Positions 38,020 through 50,700 of a DNA stretch of 64,000 nucleotides are shown here, one piece after another. Origin of the DNA: Takakia lepidozioides (Eukaryota; Plantae; Bryophyta). Positions within the stretch are counted from its first letter, which is position 1, and each line of letters starts with the position of its first letter. The notes under the pieces are model-generated. The model was not told the DNA's origin, ran no database searches, and was given only the letters and a program-made list of their open reading frames with translations. The stretch lies in the NCBI GenBank assembly GCA_030704615.1, contig CM060732.1, forward strand, positions 23,374,001 to 23,438,000, written 5' to 3'. Made by a program: the position numbers and the translations under genes.

Positions 38020-38360
38020 TGACACGTGTCAGGTTTCAATTTGTTGCAGCCGGATGTGTTTCTGTTTCCGTGGACGTTATTGTCAAAAATAGACAACAGT
38101 TTTGGGCCCACCCTATTACCTTTTTCCACACGTGGCACCTTCTTCACCGATTTTGCGAGGTGCTACCACCTTTTTACTTTATTCCCTGCACAGAATCTGT
38201 AAGGGTGCCGGGGGGCTTAAATCTCGTAGGGATGAGAAGATAATGGATGAAATCGCTAATTTTGGACAGAGTTAGATTCTCAGCCACCTGTTTGAAACGA
38301 GTGACACGCGGGCAGCCCAACCGGCTTGGGAGCGTGCGCAACACGTGTCTCTCCACGTGT
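38020..38360. promoter_or_regulatory. G-box/ABRE cluster in the divergent ASG2-UPF1 promoter
   Basis: CACGTG at 38023, 38129, 38342 and 38354, mostly with ACGTGTC or ACGTGGC flanks; TGGGCC site II motifs nearby. Confidence 0.5.
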
Positions 38361-38766
38361 AACAACCAACTAGGTTAGCCAGTGACAAAACTTTCTGCAG
38401 TAATTAGGTGTAGGCTACGCACAAGAATCTCACAAAAGTTCGCTGGAGTCAACTGATTGCCTACTCATTCTGTTTTTTTTCAAGCCGCATGATTTCTTCT
38501 TAAGATTAATTATCGTGGGCCATAGATTTGGAGATCATGGACGGTTGAAATTGGGACGAGAGTGTGGGGACTAGAAAGAGCGTTTGCAACACGCACGGCT
38601 GCTCTCTCTCTCTCTCTCTCTCACTCACCTCCTTGTCTGCTTCCTTCCCTCTCCAATCTCCATGTGTACAAGGCTTGTGTCAGGGGACACACAACTGGTT
38701 GTAGATTTCCTACAATATCAAAGGCCGTGGCCGCCATATCCAGTGTGAGAGGAGAGAACCTTTTCC

Positions 38767-41700
38767 ATGGCCACACAAGCAGCTGTGGCACACAATCTAT
38801 ACGAGGCGGGGTCGCAGCAGCATGGGGACGCGTATACATTTCTGGAATTCAACACACAGGGAGATGAATATGATTACCCTGAGTTTACCGAGCTTAGTGA
38901 GCCGGCACGGCAGTCCGTGTGGACGGACGTTCCTCATCTGTCAAGTGCAAATGGGGCGAATGACTTGGTTATGGGAGCGTCGGAGATGGTTGCAACGATG
39001 GATGTGGCTGCAGATGCGAAAGCAAGCAGCCAAGCTGCTCTCAGTGCTTTGACGGCAAGTGTGAGTGATCTCAGTTTCGAGGATACGGGAGATGAAGAAA
39101 TCCATGACTATTCAAAACGTGACCTACATGAACATGCATGCAGGTATTGCGGAATTCACAACCCCGCATGCATTGTGCGGTGCAATGTTCCATCCTGCCG
39201 GAAATGGTTCTGCAATTCTCGGGGCAACACCTCCGGCTCTCATATCGTCAATCATCTGGTAATTTCTGGTTTCTCTCCTACTTTCTGGGTTCGCCTTGTA
39301 ATTAGTTGGGGCCAGGGTTCTTTGTTGCCAGTCCTTTGACAACAATTAGAATTAGGTTAAAGGACGACCTAACATTTGGTTTTTGACATATCTGTCGAGG
39401 TTCAGTCATCTCGACATCCATAAGGGAGACCATAAGAGAAAATTCTGTACTATTCCCCGCCCGGAATCGCATTGTAAGGCCTGCCTTGCCCGTCTGAGGA
39501 GACCTGGGATCTTCACCAGCATGCTGGTGTGCGGTTTTCAGGTTTCTGGTATTTGTGAAGATATCGTAAAGTGTTGCAGAAGCCATTAGCGATTTTTCCT
39601 GCTTTAACTCTATGGTGTGGCTCATGTAAACAAGTAGCAGTGTAGAATTTAAAATTTCAGAGGGCAATAGTTCTCAGTTGATCAAGTTCATGGAGTTATC
39701 GCGGTTACCTGAGGACATTGTAATTGGCCGGAACTCTGGCAAAGTATTTTGGGCAGTTAGTCTTTTGCAACTGAGAATCTGTGTCCATCATAGTAGCATC
39801 AATGCAGTTTTCTATATCCTTGTAGTCCCCAGGGTCAGTTGACAGCAACTTACTGTTTTCAAATTGAGAGGAGATGTGTCATGCAACTGTTCTGTTCATT
39901 TACAGGTTCGGGCTAAACACAAGGAGGCCTGCCTCCATAAAGACAGTTCTCTGGGAGAAACAATCTTGGAATGCTATAATTGTGGCTGCCGCAATGTGTT
40001 TTTGTTGGGGTTTATTCCTGCCAAGTCTGAGAGTGTCGTGGTACTCCTGTGCCGGGAGCCTTGCTTGAGCGTGAATGGCTTGAAAGACATGAATTGGGAC
40101 CTGAGCCAATGGCTGCCCCTCATTGACGACCGTTGTTTTTTGCAATGGCTGGTAAAGGTGAGTATCTCTAATCCCTCCACACAGTTATCCATCTACCTGG
40201 TTGGTTATTATTGTCAGATTAACGGTGGAGAGGTGCTTACACTTTAGGACCAGTTTTTTGTTTTTGGCGGCTCTCGGGTCTTTGGCTGATGGCCCACAGT
40301 GGCATGGTCCATTGCATTGCCTCCAAGGCCTTGTATGGCCTTGTACGGGGTGACCGTGTACAGAGTAGTGAACCTTGTTTAGCCCATAGTAGGGCTCCAA
40401 GCACCTCTGGAGAATGTTGATACCTTTGGAAACCCTGTCATGGAGGTCTCCTGAGGACTTCATATGATTTGACAGAAAGACCTAAATGCAGATGCCTTGC
40501 TGCCAGATGTAATTATGGTAGCAGGAATTAATCATCAGGATTTTTTTTTTTTTTCCCACATCAGTTTTTCTGTTTTGAATAATGTTGCTTCTGAAGTTAA
40601 ATTGAATGAAGGAATTCTGATAAATCGTCACGCTGCTTGCCAGTTCTTTGAGTAGTTTGGCTTAGCTCGTATGTGTCTGCAAAACAGCATGGTTTTGAAC
40701 TCTTCATGCACATAAAAGGACAGAGAATTCGAGAATGGGCCTGTATTCTAGTGAGAAGTGTTCTTGTTGTCAGCCATGCTTGGGTTCTTGACACTTACTG
40801 CTCATCGGTTCAAAGAGAGCACCGAAAGTCCTAAAGTGTCCTATACTTTGGATAACCCGTCATTTAGCATTCTGACCATAATTGCTGTTGTCCAGGTTCC
40901 ATCAGAGCAGGAGCAGCTGAGGGCACGCCAAATCAGTGCCCAGCAAATAAATAAGGTGGAGGAGCTCTGGAAGTCTAACCCTGAAGCGACTCTCGAAGAT
41001 CTTGAAAAGCCTGGTGTAGATGATGAACCGCAGCCTGTGGCTCTTAGATATGAAGATGCTTACCAGGTGGGGACATACTGCGACTGAGATTGTATAGAAG
41101 ATGCACTTCTGGCTCCTGATAATGCATCATGAGTAGCCTTTTACCTGGACAATGATTGTATCGTAGACCTCCATTTTCCTAGTCTGGAAAACACGTCATG
41201 TGGAAAACACTTTATATTTGTCCAGATGTATAACAATGTTAGGCCATTAGCACTTGGTTTTTGGGGCACAATGTCACTGCACTCAATAGGACGTTGTTTG
41301 CCATAGCCTTGTGGCCATAGACCCTGCGCCCAGAACTATCTATAAAGTTTGTAGAGAATGTACTGGTAAGACGTTGTTTGCCGTAGCCTTGTGGCCATTG
41401 ACCCCGCGCCCAGTTTGAGCGGAACAAAGTTTGTAGAGAGAAAGACTTGAATGAGCCCGTTGCAACCTGCATTTGGCCCCTGTTGGCACTCAGGAAACCT
41501 CCTTCTTGGAGTCCCAAATGCAGTGCATTAGTTGTACTGATGTTTGTTTTCATGTATGGCAGTATCAACATGTATTTGCACCATTGGTGAAGCTGGAGGC
41601 AGATTACGATAAGGTACCATGGTTCCTCTTGTAGGAGGGCGCCACAAGTCTTCTTTCCTAAATATTGTCGGCTTTTCATCTCTTCATTGCAATCCAGGGT

Positions 41701-44700
41701 AGATGGGAGTTGTCCCATATTTTGGGCTCATTTTAAACATATCTGAAGGTGCATTCTTTGGTCAAGAGTTTATTTGTGTCTCTTTTATACACACACACGC
41801 GCACGGACATACATATATGGAGAGAGAGAAGAAGAGAGAAAGAGAGAAATGAAATGAAATGGTGCTTTATAACGTCCGCGGAAAGCTCATAGAGCTTATG
41901 GGACAAAATGGAAAGAAAAACAGAGAAAACAGGAAATCAGAGTCAGAGGTAAGAACTATTGTTCAAGGGATTGTCTAAGGGTGAATGCCTCGTGCAGGTA
42001 GGCTGCCAAGCATTTCTGATCTTCATAGTGAAAGACTTCAGTGAGAGATTGGGTTCCACGGAATAGACAATGAAATCTCCCACGGATCTCATAGTATGGA
42101 GGGCAATAGAAGAAGTGTATTTCAGTTTCAATTTCCTGGTTGTGCCCTGTGCAAGCTGGACAGAGGCGGTCCTCCCGCTGCAGGTTTTCCCATCTGCCAG
42201 TCTCCATCCGTAGGTTGTGGGAGCCCACCCTAAACCGCCCCAAAGCCCTCAGGAGAGAAGGAGATAAAGAGGTCGAAAGGTAATTGGGCCGCAAGATTCT
42301 ATCATCTCGCAGAACCAAGAATGTTTGTCGATAGAAATGGAGCTTTGTCGTGAGGGTGGGTAACTTCCAAGTTCTCCTGACATGTAGCTCCATGAGCTCC
42401 TTTCTAATGAGTTGGTTGCGGTCATGCTTGGATGTGATGTCCACCCCTTCTGGGTTCACTTGCAATAGTGAAGCAATAGAGAGTCCATGGCGTTCAAAAA
42501 ACGCATCCACACGAGCATACCAGGATTGTTTGAAACCTGTATTCTTGAGTCTAATAGATGTTGCGAGGGCCCTGGCCACAAGCCCCTTGGGGGGAAGGGC
42601 TTGTAACCTATGCAGGAAAATTGTAAGCCGCAAGAGGGCCTCAGTTTGAAGTGGCACGCAGGCGAATTCTGCATTCAGTATGTGAGATGGAGTTGTGCCT
42701 CTGGCGCCAAGCATTGCTTGGAGGAAAGATGACTGCAATGGTTCCAGATTCTTTTCCCATCAGGAAACTGGGACCACAGGTGCCCAGAATTCACAACCAA
42801 AAGTGGCATTTGGGGTGACCGCGCTATCAAACAGCCACTTCTTGGTCGGTGGATGGCGCAGATGTATCTGTTTGCATTTGGCCTGAAGGCGGATGGAGGC
42901 TGCCTTGCCTTTTGTCAATCTGTCCAGGGCAGTTGCTGCAAACTGGAATTTGGGGGAGTGGATAACCAGACCCAGGTACCGGTAGGATTTGACTATCTCA
43001 ACCTCCCGATTGTTGAGGAAGAATCTGCGGTCGGCCTGCCCATTGAAAACCATGATCTTGGTTTTGCTAAGGTTGACTTGCAGCCCTCAGTCTTTGGAGA
43101 ACTGTTCCAGGATGTGGAGATGGTGTTGTAGGAAGACAGGAGATTGTGCCAAAAGGACAACATCATCCGTGTAGAGGAGATGTGATTGTGTTGGTCCTCC
43201 ATCCAATGGCACACCCACTCCATGGTTTTTTGAGATGTAGACTTCCAAGGCGTCAATGTAGATTCCGAACAGGGTAGGTGAGAGGGGGCAGCCCTGTTTG
43301 ACCCCAATGTTGCTATGGACCTCAGCTGAGAATTCCCCTGCGACATTGACCATGCCAGTGACGATCTCATACAGGGAGGAAATAGCATAGAGAATGTTCT
43401 GAGGGACTCCCACCCTATGGAGCGTTGGAAAAGAAGGTCACGAGGAACTGAATCAAAAGCCTTGTGAAAGTCAACGAAGCAGACGTAAACCAGTTTTTTG
43501 TCAAAGCTAGCAAGTTCCACCATAACCTGAAGAGTGAAAATGTGGTCAAGAGTGGATCTGTTGCGACAGAAACCAGCTTGTCCCTTAGCACGTGCTTGAT
43601 GAATTCACCCTGTAGCCCTGAAATATCCAATGCCCTGCCATTTTGCAGCTTCTTGATTGCCTTGCTGACGTTGGTTGTAGTAAAGAGAGAGAAGTGTAGG
43701 GATTTAGAGGTTATGGGAGAGGGAGGTTGGTTTGGGGAATGATACAATGACTGGGCATACTCATGTCAGACGTGAATGTCAGTGATCGCAGGTGGGTCTC
43801 TGTGAGGTTTAAGGAGGGACCAAAAAGAACGAGGAGAAAATCTAACTTTTGCAAGGAAAGTAGATTACAGCTTGAGAGTGTAGGCTCTCTTTTTGGATCT
43901 AATGAGGGACTTATAGTGCTTGAGAGCAAGGTTTATAGCAGCACTCACCCTTATGTTGCCATGCTGAGCAGCACTTAAAAGTAGAGAGCCTAAGTAAGTG
44001 ACAGGTTTGAAGCCAAAGTTCAGTGACTGCTCTTTCAAGTCCTACTTGCTACTCCACTGAGAAGAGCAGTGAGGCCTTCCAACTTCATGGCTTTGTTATC
44101 TCTTGCAACAGTACCTCAGCAAAGCCAACCAGTGCTTATGCTGTTACAGCAGCACTGAGAAAATTCCTAACAGAATAACGGGATTAGGCAATTCTTGAGT
44201 GGTGTTACAAAAAACTTCAGTCACCATCAAGATGAAGGCAGGGAAGATAGAGATTTCCAAACCTCTCATTTTCAGGTTTCCTAACTCTGATACAAGGCAT
44301 TGGGTACAATAGACCAGCCAAGAGAGCAATGTACATTGACCAGATCATGTAGAAGGTGTATACATACACTCCACTATGCTGCTGCTACAGGGCCTAGCAC
44401 AAGGTACCAGGGATCAATTCACCATCAATTGTCATGTTCGCAACATGAACAAACCCTTCTCCTGGCATTACCAACTGAAATGCACGCCCAGCTTAACAAG
44501 CAATTTTCACAACACCCCGATAGGATTATGTAATCCAGGAGCAGAGTTAGCCAAATTCAAAGATAGAGAAAGGAAACCAGTGATCAGGCAATTCAAGAGC
44601 ATTGCTACATAGAACATAGTTGTTTTCCTGTTCTGTTCTAGGCAGGAAATTCCACAAGGAATAGGCATGTCTTAACTGGTGTTACTAAGTGCCTTGTGAC

Positions 44701-44707
44701 CATCAAG

Positions 44708-44758
<51 letters not shown>

Positions 44759-47700
44759 ACAATATACTCATAAGATGTTGTTTGCCATAGCCTTGTGGCC
44801 ATTGACCCCACGCCCAGTTTGAGCGGAACGAGAGATAGAGAGAGAAGAGAGAGAGAGAGAAATGTACTCACAAGACCTTGTTTGCCGTAGCCTTGTGGCC
44901 ATAGACCCCATGCCCCCAAACTGGACACGGGGCATATAACAAGGCTACGTCTTATGAATACATTCTTCCCTCTTGTTCTGCCCAAAGAGGGAAAACCAGA
45001 GGGAAGAGAGAGAGAGAGAACGTACTCATAAGATGTTCTTTGCCGTAGCCTTGTGGCCATAGACCCCACACCCAGTTTGGGTGGAACGAAAGGGAGCAGA
45101 CACTACCTGCTCACACTGGGACTGGGACTTACCATGATTCTATACAATTGTTGGGCTTTTCAGATCTCCTCTAGAAAGTCCTTCATGCAAGCTTGTGTGT
45201 CAGTCTGCTGTGTCATCTGCCCAGCAGTCAGACCCAACATGGCCAGGCTTTAGGCTCATAGCCTCGGGATTCTGGTAGTTGGTGAACAGAGATGCAGGGA
45301 CTATGTTCTTGATGTACCTGAAGAGGTCACTCTTTGATGAGTAGGCCCCTGATATTGAGTCAGAAAATGGATATTATCCTCAGTCTGCCCTCACATTGGG
45401 CAACGGGGATTGGGAGAATGTACTCGTAAGACACTTGCTGTAGCCATAGACCCCCAACAGCCATTTTTGAAAGGTGGTGTCAGGACAAATCATTTACTCG
45501 AGATTTTGAAAGTTGGTGAACAGAGGTGCAGGGACTATGTCATAGATGGCCATGTTGATCCCTCTGCAGTGGAAAACTTAGTGAGACCCAACACTTTGCA
45601 CTTGCCAGATTGAACAGCTTTTTGGATATGTGTATCCCAATTACAGTTGGAGGAAAACTCAACGCCCAGGTATGTGTAGGAAGGGAGGACAAAAATCTCT
45701 TGGCTTCCCCATTGCCACTTGAGGTCACCTCATCCCTCCCCTCTGTGGTTGAATGCCACCACTGCGCATCTACTGAGGTTAGCCTCTAGCCCCCAAAGGT
45801 CAAAGTATCTCTTTGCGGAATCAATCAACTCCTGAAGATTGGATGGGGTCTCCCCTATGCCTGCGAAGTCATCCGCCAACATCAGGGCTGGTATGGTGGC
45901 ATCACCCACCCTTAACCCAAATCCCTCACTTTCCACATCCTCGAGAAGTTGATACATGAAAACATTGAAGAGTAGCAGGGAGAGGGTACATCCTTGAGCT
46001 ACACCTTGTTAAGAAGTTAGACTTCTGTCCATTAGCAGTGACACAGCTGGTGGTGTGAACATACAAGTTATGGACAACTCTCCACATCTTCCCTTGATCC
46101 CAGATGACCAGAGTTGCAGCCATAGACCATCTCTCCACACTGTGTTACAAGCCTTTTCGACATCCAAGAAAAAGACAGAAGTGGGTTTCCCTTCTTTTCT
46201 CCTTCCCTGGATAATCTGGCTTAGAGTGAAGATATGATCCACGCAGCCTTCATGGAAGCAACCTCTAGTCTCCAGATCAACCTCAAGACAGTCAGGGGCG
46301 GATCCCACTAGTATGACTTATGTTGGAACAGACAATTGAGAGACAGAGACAGAGACAGAGACAGAGAGAGTTGGGAAGACTTTTTCTTCTTTCTGGGGCA
46401 AGGGGCATATGATGTTGGCTATGTGTTGTCACATCAGCCTTGGAAGATTTCTTTCACTTTTCTGCAAGAATTTGGGCTATCCCGTTCTCTTGATTGTGCC
46501 AAAGCATAAGATGTCTTGCCACATTGCTCTCACTGATCATATAGGAACTGTGGTGCTCCTGGATTGTTAGTTTCTATGTTCTCATCTTTGCCTCGACTTT
46601 GGGGGACTTGACTATCCTGCTCTGTCTTGGAAATTGAAGTTACTGAGCACATACTGGACCTCTTTTTCTTCTCTATCTCGTAATATCCTGTCTTTTGTGT
46701 TGGGCCCTTGTTTCGCAGATGATGAAGGAATCACAGAGTAAGGACAACATCACCGTGCGTTGGGATGTTGGTCTTAATAAGAAGCGTGTTGCATATTTTG
46801 TCTTCCCAAAGGTCAGCACTGACCCTGAATTGCTCATTAGGTGAACTGTTCCTCTTCTACCCTCTGTCCTTTGTGACTGCAATCCTGAGCCTTGGGGGCA
46901 TATGAGACTCTGCTTTGTACCTTAGTTGCTTGTGGTGTCTGTTGTTTCAGGAGGACAATGAGCTGCGGTTGGTACCGGGAGATGAATTACGGCTACGGTA
47001 CCTTGGGGATGGAACCCATTCAGGCTGGCAGTCAGTTGGCCATGTGGTAGGAGCCTTTGTGGGGTGTTCGTACTTTTTCTATTTCTGTCCCTGTGATTGC
47101 TAGTTTTAATAAGATTTTGTGTGTTCTGACTGTGACAGTTCAGTTACATATTTATCTATGACCACAACGCAAACAATGTCTTATGAGTACATTTATCTAC
47201 GCATATAATGGTGAAATGTCAGAAGCAATACAGGTTTTGTGTGAGATGGTTTTTATCAGTCTTTTCAATTTATGTGACAAAGTTTGTTGGAATGCCCATC
47301 AAATGGCTTTTGGATCCCAGGAAAAATGGCACTTTTAGAGAGCCCTACATATTCTCAGTATCCCTTGGTCTATACAAAATGAAATAGAGAGATTGGAAGC
47401 AAACATGATGTTGGCAGAGATATTGTGGAGGCATGTGAAATGAAAGTTTGCTTGATTAGCTGACTCTATCATGGATTCGTGAGGTCTCAGATCAAGCTGA
47501 CTGCGCAAGAGGAGGTGGCTCTTGAATTGCGAGCGAGCCAGGTATGTTTTACCAATCTTGTAGTCCTGAAAACTAGTTGTTGGCTTGGAGTATCAACAGT
47601 CAACTTGAATGAATGGTATAGGGCTAATATTATACTCTGAAGCTCCTATGGTTTGATGGGAACTTCCTAGGGCTCAGTGGTGCTTCCATAGCAAAGAAGT

Positions 47701-50700
47701 CGTATTCTTTTTTTTGAAGCAGCTTTTGTTCCATCATTTTTTTGGACCATCTGTCCTATTTGTAACATGCATACTGGCTTCTCAGAAAGTTACTGCTGAT
47801 TGTTAGAGAGCACCAGCACTAGGTGTGGCAAAGAGGAACTCATGTCTCTTGGTGTGGTAGCACTGCAGGGGGTCCCCATCGATGTCAACCACAATTTCAG
47901 TGTGGACTTTGTGTGGAAAAGCACCAGCTTTGATCGGATGCAAAGCGCCATGAAGACCTTTGCTGTTGATGAGACTAGTGTCAGTGGGTAAGGAGGATTC
48001 AGTTTTGCTCGTGTGCCTGTGTCTCCCTCTCGTGCACTTCCATCTCGCTGTTATTTACGACTGTCATCCTGGCTTATTTACTGCACGAGGTTGTTTGAAT
48101 GCTGGCAGGTATATCTACCATCGGCTTTTGGGACATGAGGTTGAATTGCAAACAGTTCGCAACACACTTCCTCGTCGATTTGGAGCTGCAGGGCTCCCTG
48201 AATTGAATGCCTCACAGGTATCATATTCTTCTCTGGTTGGAGTTTTGAGACCTGTATTTTGTGATTTCAGCTTGTCACCCCTAGCAGGTTCAGCTACAAC
48301 TGGCTTACAAGCGGATGCAGCTGAAGTTTAAAGCACAATTTTTTTTTCATTTCAGTCTCATAAATGAGACTATCCTTTGTCCACCCACCTCCACATGGTG
48401 ATATCAACTATCAAAATGAAGTATTTTCTGGATATTTGCTGAGTAGTCGAGCATCCTATCAGTGCCTGAATGAAAAGCCCGTGCATCTTCTTAAAGTGGT
48501 CTTTTCTTTTGCATCTTTCACAAAATCTCAATTGTGAAGCCAAAATCAGAGGTCAACCAATAGCAGCATTGATCCATCACTTTGCATTTTGTAAAATGTG
48601 TGCCGGATCAAAATGGCTTATAGTCTGGATATATGGGCAGGTATTTGCTGTCAAGAGTGTGTTACAAAAGCCAGTGAGCCTTATTCAGGGTCCTCCCGGA
48701 ACGGGCAAAACAGTTACATCTGCAGCCATAGTTTATCATCTGGCAAAGCAAGGGCAGGGTCAGGTATTCTGTGTGAACTGTTGGTCTTTGACTTATTTTA
48801 TGAATTCCGTGGTTGTTTCCTCTAGTGAGGGCTCGCATGGTTACTCTCTGCCTCTTTGAAGTGTCCGTGTGTTGACTAGATTGATTTAGGCAAGGATGCT
48901 GTGGTCATGTATTTCACAAGAACTTGATTTATCCATTGACAGTCTCTGGAGGTGTTTTGAGATGGGTTGCTGATCCTTTAGGGTTGAAGAGGTTTTTGTG
49001 CAGCTGACCTCTTATTGTTACTCTTTGAGACTGATTTTGGAATTCATAAACAGGTTTTAGTCTGTGCCCCAAGCAATGTGGCGGTGGACCAACTCGCAGA
49101 GAAAATCAGTGCAACTGGTCTCAAGGTGTAACTTCTTGTCGAGGCGTGCCTGCCTAACCTGTGGCTCCCTTATACCTACAGATTGAAGTTGGCAGACAGG
49201 CTTGTAGAACCTTTTGTGAATGAATTCTGGTGTGCTATTGGAAGTTCTAGAGGACTTATAATTTGAGTAGAAATTACAACTGCCTTCATGGAAGCTATCA
49301 TGTACAGTATACAGAAATTCCTTTTTGAAGGGTTCTACTTTAGATTCTATGTTGGACCGTCAACTCCAATGCTACACCATGCGTCATACTTTGACCATAC
49401 CACCTTGCAAGCAATGTAAGGCATTTGTTGTGGGGTGTTTAAGTCATTGGTGCATAATCCAACTTATGCATTTAGTTTTTGGGGGGTTTGACTGGTTGCT
49501 TGTTAAATTTCGCTGAGCTGTACAAGTACTACCAAGTCGAAATTGGGCAAAGGTTTGTGAGGTGGTGACAATGTGTCCACTAACTTTTAGCTTTTGGCAA
49601 CTTCAAGTTCTACCCTCAGCAATATTCTAGTACAGAGCAAATTCCTCCATGTCCAAATGTGAAGAGTGCATATTTTGGATGACTCGGGCATGCAGGTGGT
49701 GAGATTGTCTGCAAAGTCAAGGGAGGCAGTAAGCTCTCCAGTGGAGCATCTCACTCTGCATTACCAGGTACTTGTTGAAACTGCTGCTTACTTCTGTGGT
49801 GTTTGTGAGGAGGTTACAATATTAGCAGTTCTACACTGTAAGACGCTTGTGATATTCTGCTCTGTGGGGAAGATAGAGAAATTTATTGTGTCCACACACT
49901 AAAACCACTGAACACAGCACAATGTTACATTGTAGAAGGGCAGACGGCTCATGCACATAGGCTTGCTAGAACTTTGGGTCCTGATAGCTGAAGTCTTATT
50001 TGAAATATAAGAGTGGATCTCGTAGTAGGCAATGCACGAGTTGTACGAGAAATCACTGCACACTGTGGGACTAAAGATCATGCAACGATTTGTGGGACCT
50101 GGATCCTTCCTGAGCTATTTGCTGGGTCAGGCAACGAGCCCTTGCTGGCACAGCCCATGTGGTGGTAACTACCGGAGCTGGTATAAGATGATGACCCTGA
50201 AGATTGCCCCATGGTCGAAGAGAAGAGTGTTCAAGTCGTAGACCTAGCTTCTTTTGTTACTCAAAAGACCGGTGTCACTGCTTTCCCCCATCAACTCTCT
50301 CCCCAAATTGCACAGGGTTGTATGAGGTATCAGTAACAATTATCAGAATGGAAGAGGTGGCTGAAGGTTAATCATTGTATCTGGGACGGCCCTGGTTAAC
50401 ACAAGCCCAATCTCACCACGGTTGGGGAAGTCAGACCCTAATGATCAAACGTGGATCCCAACAGGTCACAATGCAGTGGGAGCTAGGACTGAGGTGAATA
50501 GCCATTAATGCAGGGTGGTGTTGGGAATGCGTAACTATCTGCTTTGGTCTTGCAGTGGGCAAAAGAGAGAGCAAATGGAGATATCCTTGCACCCTGTTCA
50601 ACCATGGTATTAGTAGGGTGATGCTGCATATGACAGTTCAGCGTCTACCTATTATGCAGGGTATTGTATCTTCTTGGATTTGTGTTGGTTGGAAATTTGA

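Noticed and set aside
43930-44115. Hairpin (actgctctt/aagagcagt) followed by ACA, as an H/ACA snoRNA or miRNA
   Set aside because: The stem is short, there is no convincing H box or second hairpin, and I recognise no known miRNA.
50180-50230. CTGAAGA...GAAG as a hammerhead core, or ATGATGA/CTGA as C/D boxes
   Set aside because: GAAA and the closing stems are missing, and the box spacing is wrong.
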